The notes beneath the pieces are model-generated. The model had not been told where the DNA came from, searched no databases, and worked only from the letters and a program-made list of their open reading frames with translations. A DNA stretch of 64,000 nucleotides from Octopus vulgaris (Eukaryota), in NCBI GenBank assembly GCA_951406725.2, contig OX597825.1, positions 74,524,001 through 74,588,000 on the forward strand, read 5' to 3'. This document shows positions 13,805-25,369 of the stretch, in pieces. Within the stretch, counting starts at the first letter, position 1. Each line of letters starts with the position of its first letter. The position numbers and the translations under genes are program-made.

Positions 13805-15390
13805 ACTAGTCCCCCGTGCTGTTCACACATCTCTTTAATTGCTGGTACAATGCTTGGTTCCCATTGGTGAAGAAGCTTTCATTCTGTTGGTCAAAAACCC
13901 ATCAACAGCAGATATGCGATACTGGTTTCCTGCCAAGTGTTCTTTCATGTTAGTTAGTTAGTTAGTTAATTTGGCTCAAAAGCAAATAGCAAGGCCATGT
14001 AAGGGGACATGGAGTTAAGTACAGGGTGGTGTTCATGTAAAGAGTTCAGGCCACTTGAGGTCCAGGGAGGCTTTGAACAAAGCGGTCGTCGGCATCTTCA
14101 CCATCTCGTCTGGCAGCTTGTTCCACGGATCCGCAACCCGGACGGAGAAAGCTCCTCTCCTTCGATTGAGATGAAATCGTCGCAGGTAGAGCTTTTCGGA
14201 ATGACCCCGCAGCCGACGCTCCGGAGCAGGAGTGAAGAACAGCTCTTTCGAGAGGTTACACTTCCCGCTTATGATGTTGTGGGCGAGAATGAGATCACCA
14301 CGGCGGCGGCGTTTTTCAAGAGAACAAAGGTCGAGCGTCCTCAGCCTTTCTTCGTAGGACAAATTTTTGAGACCATGAACCATGCGGGTAGCCAGCCTCT
14401 GGACTCTTTCGAGGTGCTGTATGTCTTTGAGGAGATAAGGAGAAGAGGCTTGAATCCCATACTCCAATATGGGTCTCACCAGCGTGACATAGAGTGGCAG
14501 GAATATGGCTGCTGTGAGCATTCCGAATGACCGTCGAATCAAAAACAGAATTCCGCGCGCTTTGTTGGCAGCATGGACGCACTGGGCCGAGGGCGAAAAG
14601 GAGGAATCCACCAAGATACCCAGGTCCTTTACCTGATCGGTCCTCTCCAGCAGCAGACGACCCGGCTCGAAATCAAGTTGAGTTGCAGGAGTAGAGCCGA
14701 CAGGCAGATGACAGCACTTTGACACGTTCAGACACAGGTCCCAATCGTTAGACCACTTCCAAATTTGGTGGAGGCATCGACGAAGATCCTCTATACTTCA
14801 TGTTGGGGAGAAGATTATTGCCAGGTCGGGCCACATCTGATGTAAAATCCACAGTCACGCACAGCAGACATTGAAACCTAAGACGTGAGCTGGAGTAATG
14901 TCTGTGTTTTCCTGAGCGATTAGTCTTGACTGACTTTCATAATTATCTCAGCAAGTTGCCATAGTATTCTCCATTGACAGTGTGGCCTTTTTGAAGATAG
15001 TGAATGCCAGAAAAACTGAGGCCATCACCTTCCCTGTGGATGAAATGTCTTTGGCCGTCTTTGGAGCAGGTGAGAAAGAATTATTCCACTGCAGAGATTG
15101 TCTCCTTGTCTCTCGCTCAAACTGATGAAGCCAAAATCTATTCTGGCCTAGGAAACATTCAAAGAAACCAGCTGGATCTGCTTCAAACAATGTCAGACTT
15201 TCCCGTGGTGTAATCAGCCTGTTTCGCTTTTGATCGGATATCAGAAGACGTGGTACTCACCGAGCAGAAACCTTCATCATGCCAAGTTCATTGAACAGAA
15301 AATTCTCAACTAACTAACGGGATATGCTAATAGCATTGGTTATTTGATTTATAGTCAATTGCCTATCAGCCTTCACAATATGGTGAACAC
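13805..15390 (-). pseudogene. mariner transposase remnant, split by a CR1-like insertion
   Basis: Minus strand gives ELGMMKVSAR*VPRLL (WVPxxL motif) and SPAPKTAKDISSTGKVMASVF. The segment PNMK|EHLAG is rejoined across the insertion. Confidence 0.85.
13952..14796 (-). mobile_element. 5'-truncated CR1-group LINE, RT C-terminal region, young
   Basis: Open ORF 14033-14725 (VKDLGILVD...LYVTLVRPILEYG...LERVQRLATR...RRRRGDLI...FSVRVADPWNKLP). (AACT)n 3' tail at ~13952-13968. 8-bp TSD TTCATGTT at 13944-51 and 14797-804. Confidence 0.92.
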
Positions 15391-15540
15391 AATGATATAT
15401 ATACTTGGAATTTAAAGAAAAACAAAATGCGAACACAGTTGTATTGGTTTAACGCTCGGGAAGCAGAGAAAATCGTTTACGCTTCCAGCCTACGCGGAAG
15501 GAATACGAGGAAATACAGAGAGAGAATAGATCAGTACTAG

Positions 15541-15591
<51 letters not shown>

Positions 15592-15644
15592 CTATTCTAT
15601 TATACAAATGAATCCTTTGAATTTTACTAAATTCTATATTTTTT

Positions 15645-15734
15645 ATGCAGCTGAATATTGCTCTACATTTTAAAACTGATGTAATATTTGTATTGTTCAA
15701 TTAAATGGAGTCGCATGAAACGATCGTACTGCAT
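15645..15734 (+). ncRNA. type I hammerhead ribozyme motif (G8 substituted) in a short TA-flanked element
   Basis: ATGCAG-CTGAATA-...TGGAGTCGCAT-GAAA-CGATCG-TA-CTGCAT. 6-bp stem I, palindromic stem III ACGATCGT, GUA site. Confidence 0.7.
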
Positions 15735-16047
15735 TACTTCTGGATATCCTTGTTGCGTATTTTGATTGTAATCACCCCATTTTGAAATATGGATAATACC
15801 ATACTAAATTCTGGTGCCTTTAACTTAAGTACCATATTCAACTGAATCTAAATTTTACTAAACTTATATATATATATACATAGCTACTTTGAGTATACAG
15901 ATACCTCATAAAAAGGATGTTGACATCCAAGCTGCGACGGTTTAATTTTATATATCAATGTAAAAGTTCAATTGCCCAGTATAACTTAATAGTATTGGTA
16001 TTTATTGTTTAAACAGTCACCAATTAAATATATTAAGTGTCTAATTC

Positions 16048-16134
16048 CCACACTGAGGAAACATTTAATTCGATATTTCAGTATTTTATTTTTAATTTAC
16101 TAATTTAAAATTAAGTATGGAAATAAATCTTTGG
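16048..16134 (+). ncRNA. type I hammerhead ribozyme motif
   Basis: CCACA-CTGAGGA-aaCATTTAATT...AATTAAGTATG-GAAA-TAAA-TC-TTTGG. Core intact, long AU-rich stem II, stem I with one mismatch. Confidence 0.55.
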
Positions 16135-16616
16135 TTACAGAGAATTTTGACAATATTAATAAATTGAATGTTATCAGTTAAATGTATATATATATATTGT
16201 GTGTGTGCGTGTGTGTATGTGCCTTGTGTATATACTCTTTACTCTTTTACTTGTTTCAGTCATTTGACTGCGGCCATGCTGGAGCACCGCCTTTAGTCGA
16301 GCAAATCGACCCTGGGACTTATTCTTTGTAAGCCCAGTACTTATTCTATCGGTCTTTTTTGCCGAACCGCTAAGTGACGGGGACGTAAACACACCAGCAT
16401 CGGTTGTCAAGCAATGCTAGAGGGACAAACACAGACACACAAATACACACACACATATATATATATACATATATACGACAGGCTTCTTTCAGTTTCCGTC
16501 TACCAAATCCACTCACAAAGCATTGGTCGGCCCGGGGCTATAGCAGAAGACACTTGCCTAAGATGCCACGTAGTGGGACTGAACCCGGAACCATGTGGTT
16601 GGTTAGCAAGCTACTT

Positions 16617-18672
16617 TATTTCAAAACATTTGCCATAAAGGCAGTACACAGATTAAGTTAGCTTTGCGAGCTGGACGAGGACATTAATGAAGTGAATGAT
16701 AATGAAAGACAGATGATAAGGATGGGAGAAGACAAAAAGCGCCCGCCGACTTTCGCTTCTCTAAAACATTGTTCTTTTTAAAGATAAACACAAAACGAGG
16801 TATTAAACCTCTTGCAATTTTTCCAATTTTTGGACTTAGCAGTCCATTATTAATAAAAATGCAAAACGAGGTATTAAACCTCTTTCAATTTTTCAATTTT
16901 GGGACTTAGCAGTCCATTATTAATACTAACAGTTCAATAATTACATATCGTCCTCGAAATAGCTTGTGCCCGCGCCCTCCACCATCATACACGCCTCCCT
17001 CAGAACGTAATCAAGTTCCGAGTTCGCGTCGCCCGGGACCAAGCTATAATCTTCATTGAGCTCCTTTAGCCCAAGCATCACGTCGAACGCCACGGCCTCC
17101 ACAGCTATCTGCGGAGGCCATTCGGGTCCTGTGTGAAGGCTAAAGGAGCTCCCTTGTGGTACTCTTCCATCATTTTTTTTTTCAATTTCTCCTCCTCTAT
17201 AGAAGAGGACCAATACGTTCAGTTCTTTCGTTGGCGGCACAGTTCCCGCCAACGTCTGCGGCTCATGGATATCAGCCGCCTGACCTTTCTTTCTTTTTCT
17301 CCTCCTTCTTTTGGGGGAGACTGCTGACCAGGGGACTCCGTCACCATACACGGGGGATCGCTATCCCCCTCCGCCACCTGAGCGTTCTTTGGCGAGCAGC
17401 CATTGTTGCTCGCCTGTCTCTTTCTTTTCGTGGAGGCAACCTCCTCCACGACTTCCACCGTCTCCCCCTCCAATGAGGGGGCGGCGGTCGCCTTTTCCCC
17501 TTCATGCTCCGGGGCACCACCACGGCCCCCGGGACAATTCCTCTTGATATGTCCGGGCTTCAGGCACAGGTGACACTTGGGGGGGCGTCCCTCGAGTATC
17601 ACCGGGTACCTGTGCCCAGCCATTCTCAGGAAGTCCGGGAATTTCATTTCTCCCACGGCCACCGGTGTCAACAGGGTCAACGTTGCCTTTGACCCCTCCC
17701 AGGCGACCGCGGGAGCCATTTTCACACTCAGTAGCCTGGGTCCGCTATCCCCCAGGCCTCGCCGGATGGTCTTCTCGATCCATTCCGCCTCCGTGCCCGG
17801 GGGCAGCCCACAAACCCAGGCTCTTTTTACTTTTCTGCCACAATACGAGGGGAGGAACAAAATTTCCTCTCCCTCCAGTGGCTCGCTAGCAAATCTGCTA
17901 GCTTCCTCGGGGGTACCAAACAGCAACCACACCGTTGCAAATTTACTCCCACGAGAAATACACTTTATCGTTGGTAGGTGGTCCCCCAACTCTTTCTCTA
18001 TGGTGCTCCTGTCGAAGAGGGCGATAGCTCCACGCGACCTAGAATAGGTTCGTAGGACCACCGTCCTCTTCTCAAGACTTTCAATCCACTGCTTGGGTGG
18101 GACAACCTCCCATTCCAAAGAAGTGGTTTCTTTTGTTGCCATGATTTTGAAAAAAAGTTCAACTAAAAGTTCAAAGTCCAATAAGAAAAAAACACAATGA
18201 CAGAACAGAAAGACAGAACAGAGAAAAGGACGAAGGAAGACAGTTCAAATAATGGCAACACAGTTCTGCAACTGGTAATCCTCACGAAACAGGGTACTCC
18301 TAGTTGCAGCACACTTGGTTCTCCGTGGTAAATCCAAGCACAATTGGTTCTCCGTGGTAAATCCAAGCGAACAAATTAATTTTTGAGGAGGGGCTATGCC
18401 TCTTCAAAATACACAATTCTCACTAAAAGGTGAGACAATAAATACGCCAACAGGCAGAACAAATACATCCGAAGCAAAGTGAAGCTTATTACGCGCAGAA
18501 AAGTGTTAACACTAATTAACATTAATGCCAAAAAAGTATTAACGGCAAGCAATAAACCTCACTATGCTTCCAAAAATATCAAAATGTCCTACCTGTTGCC
18601 GTAAAATGTTCAATAATTCACGTTAACACGTGACATTTGCCGGAGCAAAAAACAGCACGTCTGTCTGGTAAG
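16617..18672 (-). mobile_element. ORF1-only (HAL1-like) non-autonomous Tx1/L1-type non-LTR element
   Basis: 9-bp TSD AAGCTACTT (16608-16, 18673-81). About 530-bp 5' UTR, GC-rich gag-like ORF, and about 320-bp 3' UTR ending in AATAAA (overlapping the TSD). No RT or endonuclease. Confidence 0.8.
16941..18142 (-). CDS. LINE ORF1p-like nucleic-acid chaperone (RRM-like regions plus CX2CX4HX4C zinc knuckle), probably with one frameshift near 17350
   Basis: ATG at 18142 (MATKETT) is open to 17219 and contains PDFLRMAGHRYPVILEGRPPKCHLCLKPGHIKRNCP. The overlapping frame 16941-17351 (VPWSAVSPKRRRRKRKK...) looks like the natural C-terminus. Confidence 0.8.
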
Positions 18673-18697
18673 AAGCTACTTACCACAGCCACTCCTG

Positions 18698-18791
<94 letters not shown>

Positions 18792-19031
18792 ATAACAACA
18801 CCTAGTTAGAATGTTATACTATATATAGGTAATCATGTACCAACACCAAATGGCGGTGCCCCAGCATGGCCACAGCTCGTGAGCTGAAACTAGAAAAAAA
18901 AATATATGTATATGTATGTATGTAATAAAAATTACATAACATATTTGATAGGGGCTGCAATCGGCTCGAACACCGGACCGAGAATTAGCTATTTCCGTAC
19001 TCATCGTTTCAGCTATATCCGCAGCCATCGC

Positions 19032-19135
<104 letters not shown>

Positions 19136-19470
19136 ATTGTGTGTATGTGTATGCGTGTGTGTAATAATGTGTAAGCTTGAGAAAGCGACAGATAGATAGT
19201 CTAAAGCCATACATAATTGATTGACATAATTACATTTACTACATTCTCTAGATCAGAACTATATATAAAAGTATAATATCATGTTTGAAACCTTTAAAAT
19301 CATTAATTTAATTATCAATAATTACTTTCCCCTAAATTTCTTGTTGCTATTTTCTTTCTTTTTTCTTTACAATATCGTTTTGTCTTGTGATTTCATGATC
19401 TTATAGTGCTGATGCACTCGATGTACTTTCATATAAAGTGCATATGCACACCTATTTGTGTGTATGTATG

Positions 19471-19525
<55 letters not shown>

Positions 19526-19630
19526 GTATATCGGGTATGTCGTGTATTAGCAAGCTTATATATAAAGATTAACAGCATGAGATAAAAAAAATCCAAGGCT
19601 GTGAATAGTTCTCCGAACATTTATAAATAG

Positions 19631-19678
19631 ATCTTACAGCTGTTTCCGGGATATTTTATACATCCTATCATCAGAAAC
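19631..19678 (-). ncRNA. type I hammerhead ribozyme motif
   Basis: Minus strand: GTTT-CTGATGA-taGGATGT-ATAAA-ATATCCcg-GAAA-CAGCTG-TA-AGAT. Intact core, palindromic stem III ACAGCTGT. Confidence 0.75.
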
Positions 19679-19868
19679 GGTGCGAGAATATGTAATAGTT
19701 ATAGTTATTGAGAAGTAATAGTTATAGAGAAGATAGGAAATACGGAGTGATGTGGAGGAATGAAAACAGGCGTGAGATAGTAAGGATGTTGTATTTGCAG
19801 TTCCATTATTTAAGCAGAATGGTGCATATATAAGTTTCCAGCCTTGGATATTTTATCTCAATCTGTTG

Positions 19869-19905
<37 letters not shown>

Positions 19906-19991
19906 TATATACTTATATATATATTTATATATATATACGTTTAAATATTTGTTGTGCAAGATTTTTTATGTGAAGTCGTGTGTTGAAACAG

Positions 19992-20316
19992 ATATTGTTG
20001 TATTTAGGAATGGTCATTTTGCCAGTTTAGCCAATAAAAACACACGCACTATATATTTGGTGTTACCTTGCTTCAGTGTTATTTATTTTTTACATTAATC
20101 TTAATCTTAATGGCTGACGGTTAGTAAGGAGAGACACAAATAAGTAAGAAGAAAACAAAGGACCACTGATGCGGTCACAGGAGTGTGACGAAAGAACCCT
20201 GGCCGAAATAAGATTAAGATTAATGTAAAAAATAAATAACACTGAAGCAAAGTAACACCAAATATATAGTGCGTGTGTTTTTATTGGCTAAACTGGCAAA
20301 ATGACCATTCCTAAAT

Positions 20317-20326
<10 letters not shown>
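19992..20326. repeat. ~118-bp inverted repeat with ~98-bp spacer (PLE-type inverted terminal arrangement)
   Basis: 19992-20109 is nearly the exact reverse complement of 20208-20326. The right arm abuts a (TA)n array. Confidence 0.9.
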
Positions 20327-20402
<76 letters not shown>

Positions 20403-20851
20403 GTATATATATATATAAATTAACAGAATGATATATATATATAGGTAATCATGTACCAACACCAAATGGCGGTGCCCCAGCATGGCCACAGCTCGTGAGC
20501 TGAAACTAGAAAAAAAAATATATGTATATGTATGTATGTAAATATGTAAGTATGCCTTGATATTTGTTATCTTGATATCATGTAGGTCCCTGTTCTTTAT
20601 TCAAAATACATTGCACTTTAGTTGATTTCCATATACATATGTAAGATTATATGCACTCTACTTACCAAATATTGATATTATAAGGAAGAACGTAGAAATA
20701 TTAATAGATAGAAAAAGAAGTTGAGAGTTCCATGCATACATAAAGTATGATGTATGAATTTGTATGTGTGCATATAGATAGATAGCCAGAGAAAGAGAGA
20801 GAGGGGGGGACACATACTAGGCAGGCACACATACACACATACATATAAACA

Positions 20852-20939
<88 letters not shown>

Positions 20940-21330
20940 GCAAAAAATAAACGGCAGAGACCGTTTATAAAATGATTTTAGCTTCATCGTCTTTCATGTA
21001 AGCCATTGACAATTGATAAATATGAGATATAAGGAATATTTTAGTTAATAATATTGTCAAATCTTCAGAGATTGTGTATTCGTACTGCACTCTGCCGACA
21101 GCATTGTCGCGGCGATAGCTACAATGACTGCAGGGTTAACCGTTAGCTGAAGATAGTACTCATTTTTGATGGAGTACACTGAAACAAACTGGCACGAAAT
21201 ATCTGGCTCAAGGACGCAATGCTCTGACCAGTCAGGGAATCAGACACCAGAGCAACGATCATAATCCTAACATACTAACCAGCAGAGCATCTACAATCAG
21301 ACGTGTGCATACACGTTATGCGTATGTATG

Positions 21331-21368
<38 letters not shown>

Positions 21369-21665
21369 GACAAGCACAAATGCATACACATTCTTATAAA
21401 CATATATGTGTGGATATGTGCATAATACATTCACACGCAAAAGAATATGTAAATTCACACACATATACATATGTATGTTTGTGTAAGTGTATGTAGGCAT
21501 AAATATATAGGCATGTGTATGTGTATGCAAATTTACCTGAAGATATGCTTCAGTGTGTAATATCTATACGTATATACATATGTACATATATATTCATAGG
21601 TATATCAAGATATAAACTCACACAAAAACACAGGCACATATATAAATGTATATATATACACGTAT

Positions 21666-21707
<42 letters not shown>

Positions 21708-21799
21708 ATACATACACCCACACATCAACACACACGCAGCCACTACTCTTCATGTGTGTGTGCGTGCATGTGTGTGTGTGTTTGTGTGTGTATGTGTGT

Positions 21800-21868
<69 letters not shown>

Positions 21869-22145
21869 AGGCAGAAACAATCACAAGTAACTCTTCTTAT
21901 ATTTTTATATACCGACTTCTCGTCCCTTGCCTGTTTATCTTCCGCCTACTCCGATGGTCAATGTCTGTTTGTTGCCAGCGATCAAATAATTCGAAATATT
22001 CAAGATAACAATTCCCCGAGTAGCATAATATCACAGTAACGCTGACGATGGAAGCGAGGCGGGAGAGAAGAAATTGATGATCTTTTATTTATTTACACTC
22101 GGCAACAAAATGTCTGTCTTACATCAACAACAAAAACAGGAAGAA

Positions 22146-22229
22146 CAACAACAACAACAACAACAATAATACTAATAATAATAAAGTGATGATAATGATT
22201 GTAATAATAATCACAATTATGGTGGTAGC

Positions 22230-22306
<77 letters not shown>

Positions 22307-22314
22307 AAGTAATG

Positions 22315-22400
<86 letters not shown>
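22146..22400. repeat. (ACA)/(GTA)n/(ATA)n trinucleotide array
   Basis: Seen directly. Confidence 0.95.
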
Positions 22401-22401
<1 letters not shown>

Positions 22402-22630
22402 GCAACCTTGGTAGATCAATTTTCATAAGTCGTTTAATCTTATTTATTTCTCGGATATCTGGTATTCTCAGGGGCATTTTTATGATTATCTTTCTTTTAG
22501 TATTTTTTTTTTCCTTCTAAAAAGACAATATACATTTCAGTTTAACTTCTTGTTTCAAATTTCATTTTCAATTATTTCTCTATACTTTGCAGAGTTATCG
22601 GTTCTCTACTTACAATCATTATTTCAAGCC

Positions 22631-22682
<52 letters not shown>

Positions 22683-23115
22683 GTTTTTTTATCGATTGTT
22701 CAATTCTTTCACTTATAGCGACAATCGATTTTACAGGCTCAATCATTTCTCACATATATCGATTTCCCACATATCAATTACTTTCTTAAGCTATTGATTA
22801 CGTTTGACTTATTCTTGTAATATTACTTTTCGCTTCTGTGTAACCCTTTTTTTATTGCTTTGCATTTTCCCCTTGTTTATTCGTGAAGGGGGTTTTTTTT
22901 TTCTTTTATACTAACTTTTACATGAATTTGTTTTCTTCCTAAAACAGAAATTGTGGCGGACACGTTCTGGTTATACTGGAATAATAATTATTTTTGAAAG
23001 TGTCCCATTAAAAATTCCAATATAATGCCAGTGAATGTGTGTGTGTATACATGAATATATGTATATGAATATATATATTAATATATACACACACACGTAT
23101 ATATACATATATATA

Positions 23116-23176
<61 letters not shown>

Positions 23177-23184
23177 ACGTATAC

Positions 23185-23220
<36 letters not shown>

Positions 23221-23689
23221 TTATATATACCCGTATATATATGTATGTATATATGTCCGTGTATCTATCTATATAAATATATTTGTTTGTTTGTTTGTGT
23301 GTGTGTGTGTCTGTGTGTCTGTATTTAAACAATAAGTCCTTGGTTTGATTTTGGGTTTTTTGACCAAAACTCTTAAGTTGATGTCCAGAATGACTGCGGC
23401 TGAATGATTGAAACTAGTAAAAAATAAAAGATATATGTTTCTATGTATACATCTATATCTATATAGAGTAAAATATATTTGCCAACGTAAAGTAGCATTC
23501 CTGGTCATAACGATGTTACGCCCTTTTTTTTAGCTCCGGGGAAACATTTTTTCCGGCTGTCTATCGACACACAATTGCGTCCTTATACCTCGAAAAAAGG
23601 AGCTAATGTGTGTGTGTATACATGAATATATGTATATGAATATATATATTAATATATACACACACACGTATATATACATATATATAAAT

Positions 23690-23785
<96 letters not shown>

Positions 23786-23891
23786 GTATATAAACGGTAC
23801 TTGCGGACCAATAGTTTCTGAGTTATTTTGCTTCACCGACACAGGATAACCGTTATATACTTTTAAGTTGACACACAATCACTGATCTCGT

Positions 23892-24214
23892 AAGGAGAAA
23901 AACAATCAGTTTTAAATCCGAGCGAGAAACATGTAGTAAAAGTACTACAGAGTTAAGTCCATTTGCCAGCGTAACGAGGCAGTCCTGTTTAGGACGATGT
24001 TACTACCTTTTTCTTAGCCCGAGGAAAACATCTTTTTCAGGTAGCAGTTGTGCGCCGATAGCCAGCTGGAAAAGATGTTTTCCTGGAGCTAGAAAAAGGT
24101 AGTAACATCGTCCTAACCAGGACTGCCACTTTAGGTTGGCAAATAGATTTTATTCTGTAGAACTGTTACTACGTATTTCTTGCTCAGAGATTTAAAACTA
24201 TTTGTTTTTCTCCT

Positions 24215-24215
<1 letters not shown>
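23892..24215. repeat. imperfect ~320-bp palindrome (arms ~150 bp, spacer ~20 bp)
   Basis: AAGGAGAAAAACAATCAGTTTTAAAT...GGAAAACATCTTTTTCAG mirrors CTGGAAAAGATGTTTTCC...ATTTAAAACTATTTGTTTTTCTCCTT. Confidence 0.85.
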
Positions 24216-24249
<34 letters not shown>

Positions 24250-24265
24250 CTCTCTCTCTCTCTCT

Positions 24266-24310
<45 letters not shown>

Positions 24311-24878
24311 CTATATGCATCGATACATATATCTTTCGTCTGATATATATACATACATATATATATATATATATAATAGTGACTGTTTCTTATTAGGAAC
24401 AATAGGTAATAGGACTGCAATAGAAGTGCTCGAGTAAATGAGACGAGTATAGCAAACTTTGGTTGTAGAACAAACAACAAATTTAAGGTCATCCATCTAA
24501 CATATCACATCTCGAACATTTAATCACATATAAAGAAACATAATGTTTTTTTTTTATACATAGAATAGGGATGCACAAAATCACAGAAGATGAAACAATA
24601 TTTCATTTAGACAAGCATATAAAAAAAGCGAGTACAGTCTATCGCAATATAAAAAATTAAGAAATTAATACTTCAGCGTCTAAAACAAATTTTTTACATT
24701 ATAAAACCGAGAATAATAAGTATATAAAAATATAAAATACGTATATATATAAGAAACATATAATTACATAAGGTACAGATAAAAGTTCATCGATTAAGAA
24801 TTTTTTACGATTAAAAGTTACTTATTTAAGATAAAGGGAAACCTTTTAAGAAAAACCGGTGTCCAATCAAAAAGAAAC

Positions 24879-24929
<51 letters not shown>

Positions 24930-24948
24930 CATATACATACATATACAT

Positions 24949-25369
24949 ACTCTTTACTCTTTACTCTTTACTCTTTTACTTGTTTCAGTCATTTGACTGC
25001 GGCCATGCTGGAGCACCACCTTTAATCGAGCAACTCGACCCCAGGACTTATTCTTTTGTAAGCCCAGTACTTATTCTATCGGTCTCTTTTGCCGAACCGC
25101 TAAGTAACGGGGACATTAACACACCAGCATCGGTTATCAAGCAATGCTAGGGGGACAAACACAGACACACAAACACACACACGCATATATATATATACAT
25201 ATATACGACGGGCTTCTTTTCAGTTTCCATCTACCAAATCCACTCACAAGGCTTTGGTCGGCCCGAGGCTATAGCAGAAGACACTTGCCCAAGGTGCCAC
25301 GCAGTGGGACTGAACCCAGATCCATGTGGTTGGTTAGCAAGCTACGTACCACACAGCCACTCCTGCGCC
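24949..25369 (-). mobile_element. SINE family A, full length
   Basis: Same head, core and tail as 5944-6356. Confidence 0.92.

Larger units (their letters stand above)
16234..18700 (-). mobile_element. SINE family A, interrupted in its tRNA head (parts 16234-16616 and 18673-18700)
   Basis: The consensus GGTTAGCAAGCTACTTACCACACAGCCACTCCTG is split at AAGCTACTT, which appears on both sides of a 2056-bp insert. Confidence 0.9.

Noticed and set aside
14009-14530. 173-aa plus-strand ORF
   Set aside because: Antisense shadow of the CR1-like RT ORF.
15120-15165. CTGATGA...GAAA resembling a hammerhead
   Set aside because: Lies on the antisense strand of mariner coding sequence, and the stems do not close properly.
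17311-18047. Plus-strand ORFs overlapping the gag-like gene
   Set aside because: GC-rich antisense shadows of ORF1.
18660-18672. U1 snRNA 5'-end similarity (CTTACC) at the element terminus
   Set aside because: Only 6 bases match, and the match is explained by the palindrome with the SINE target.
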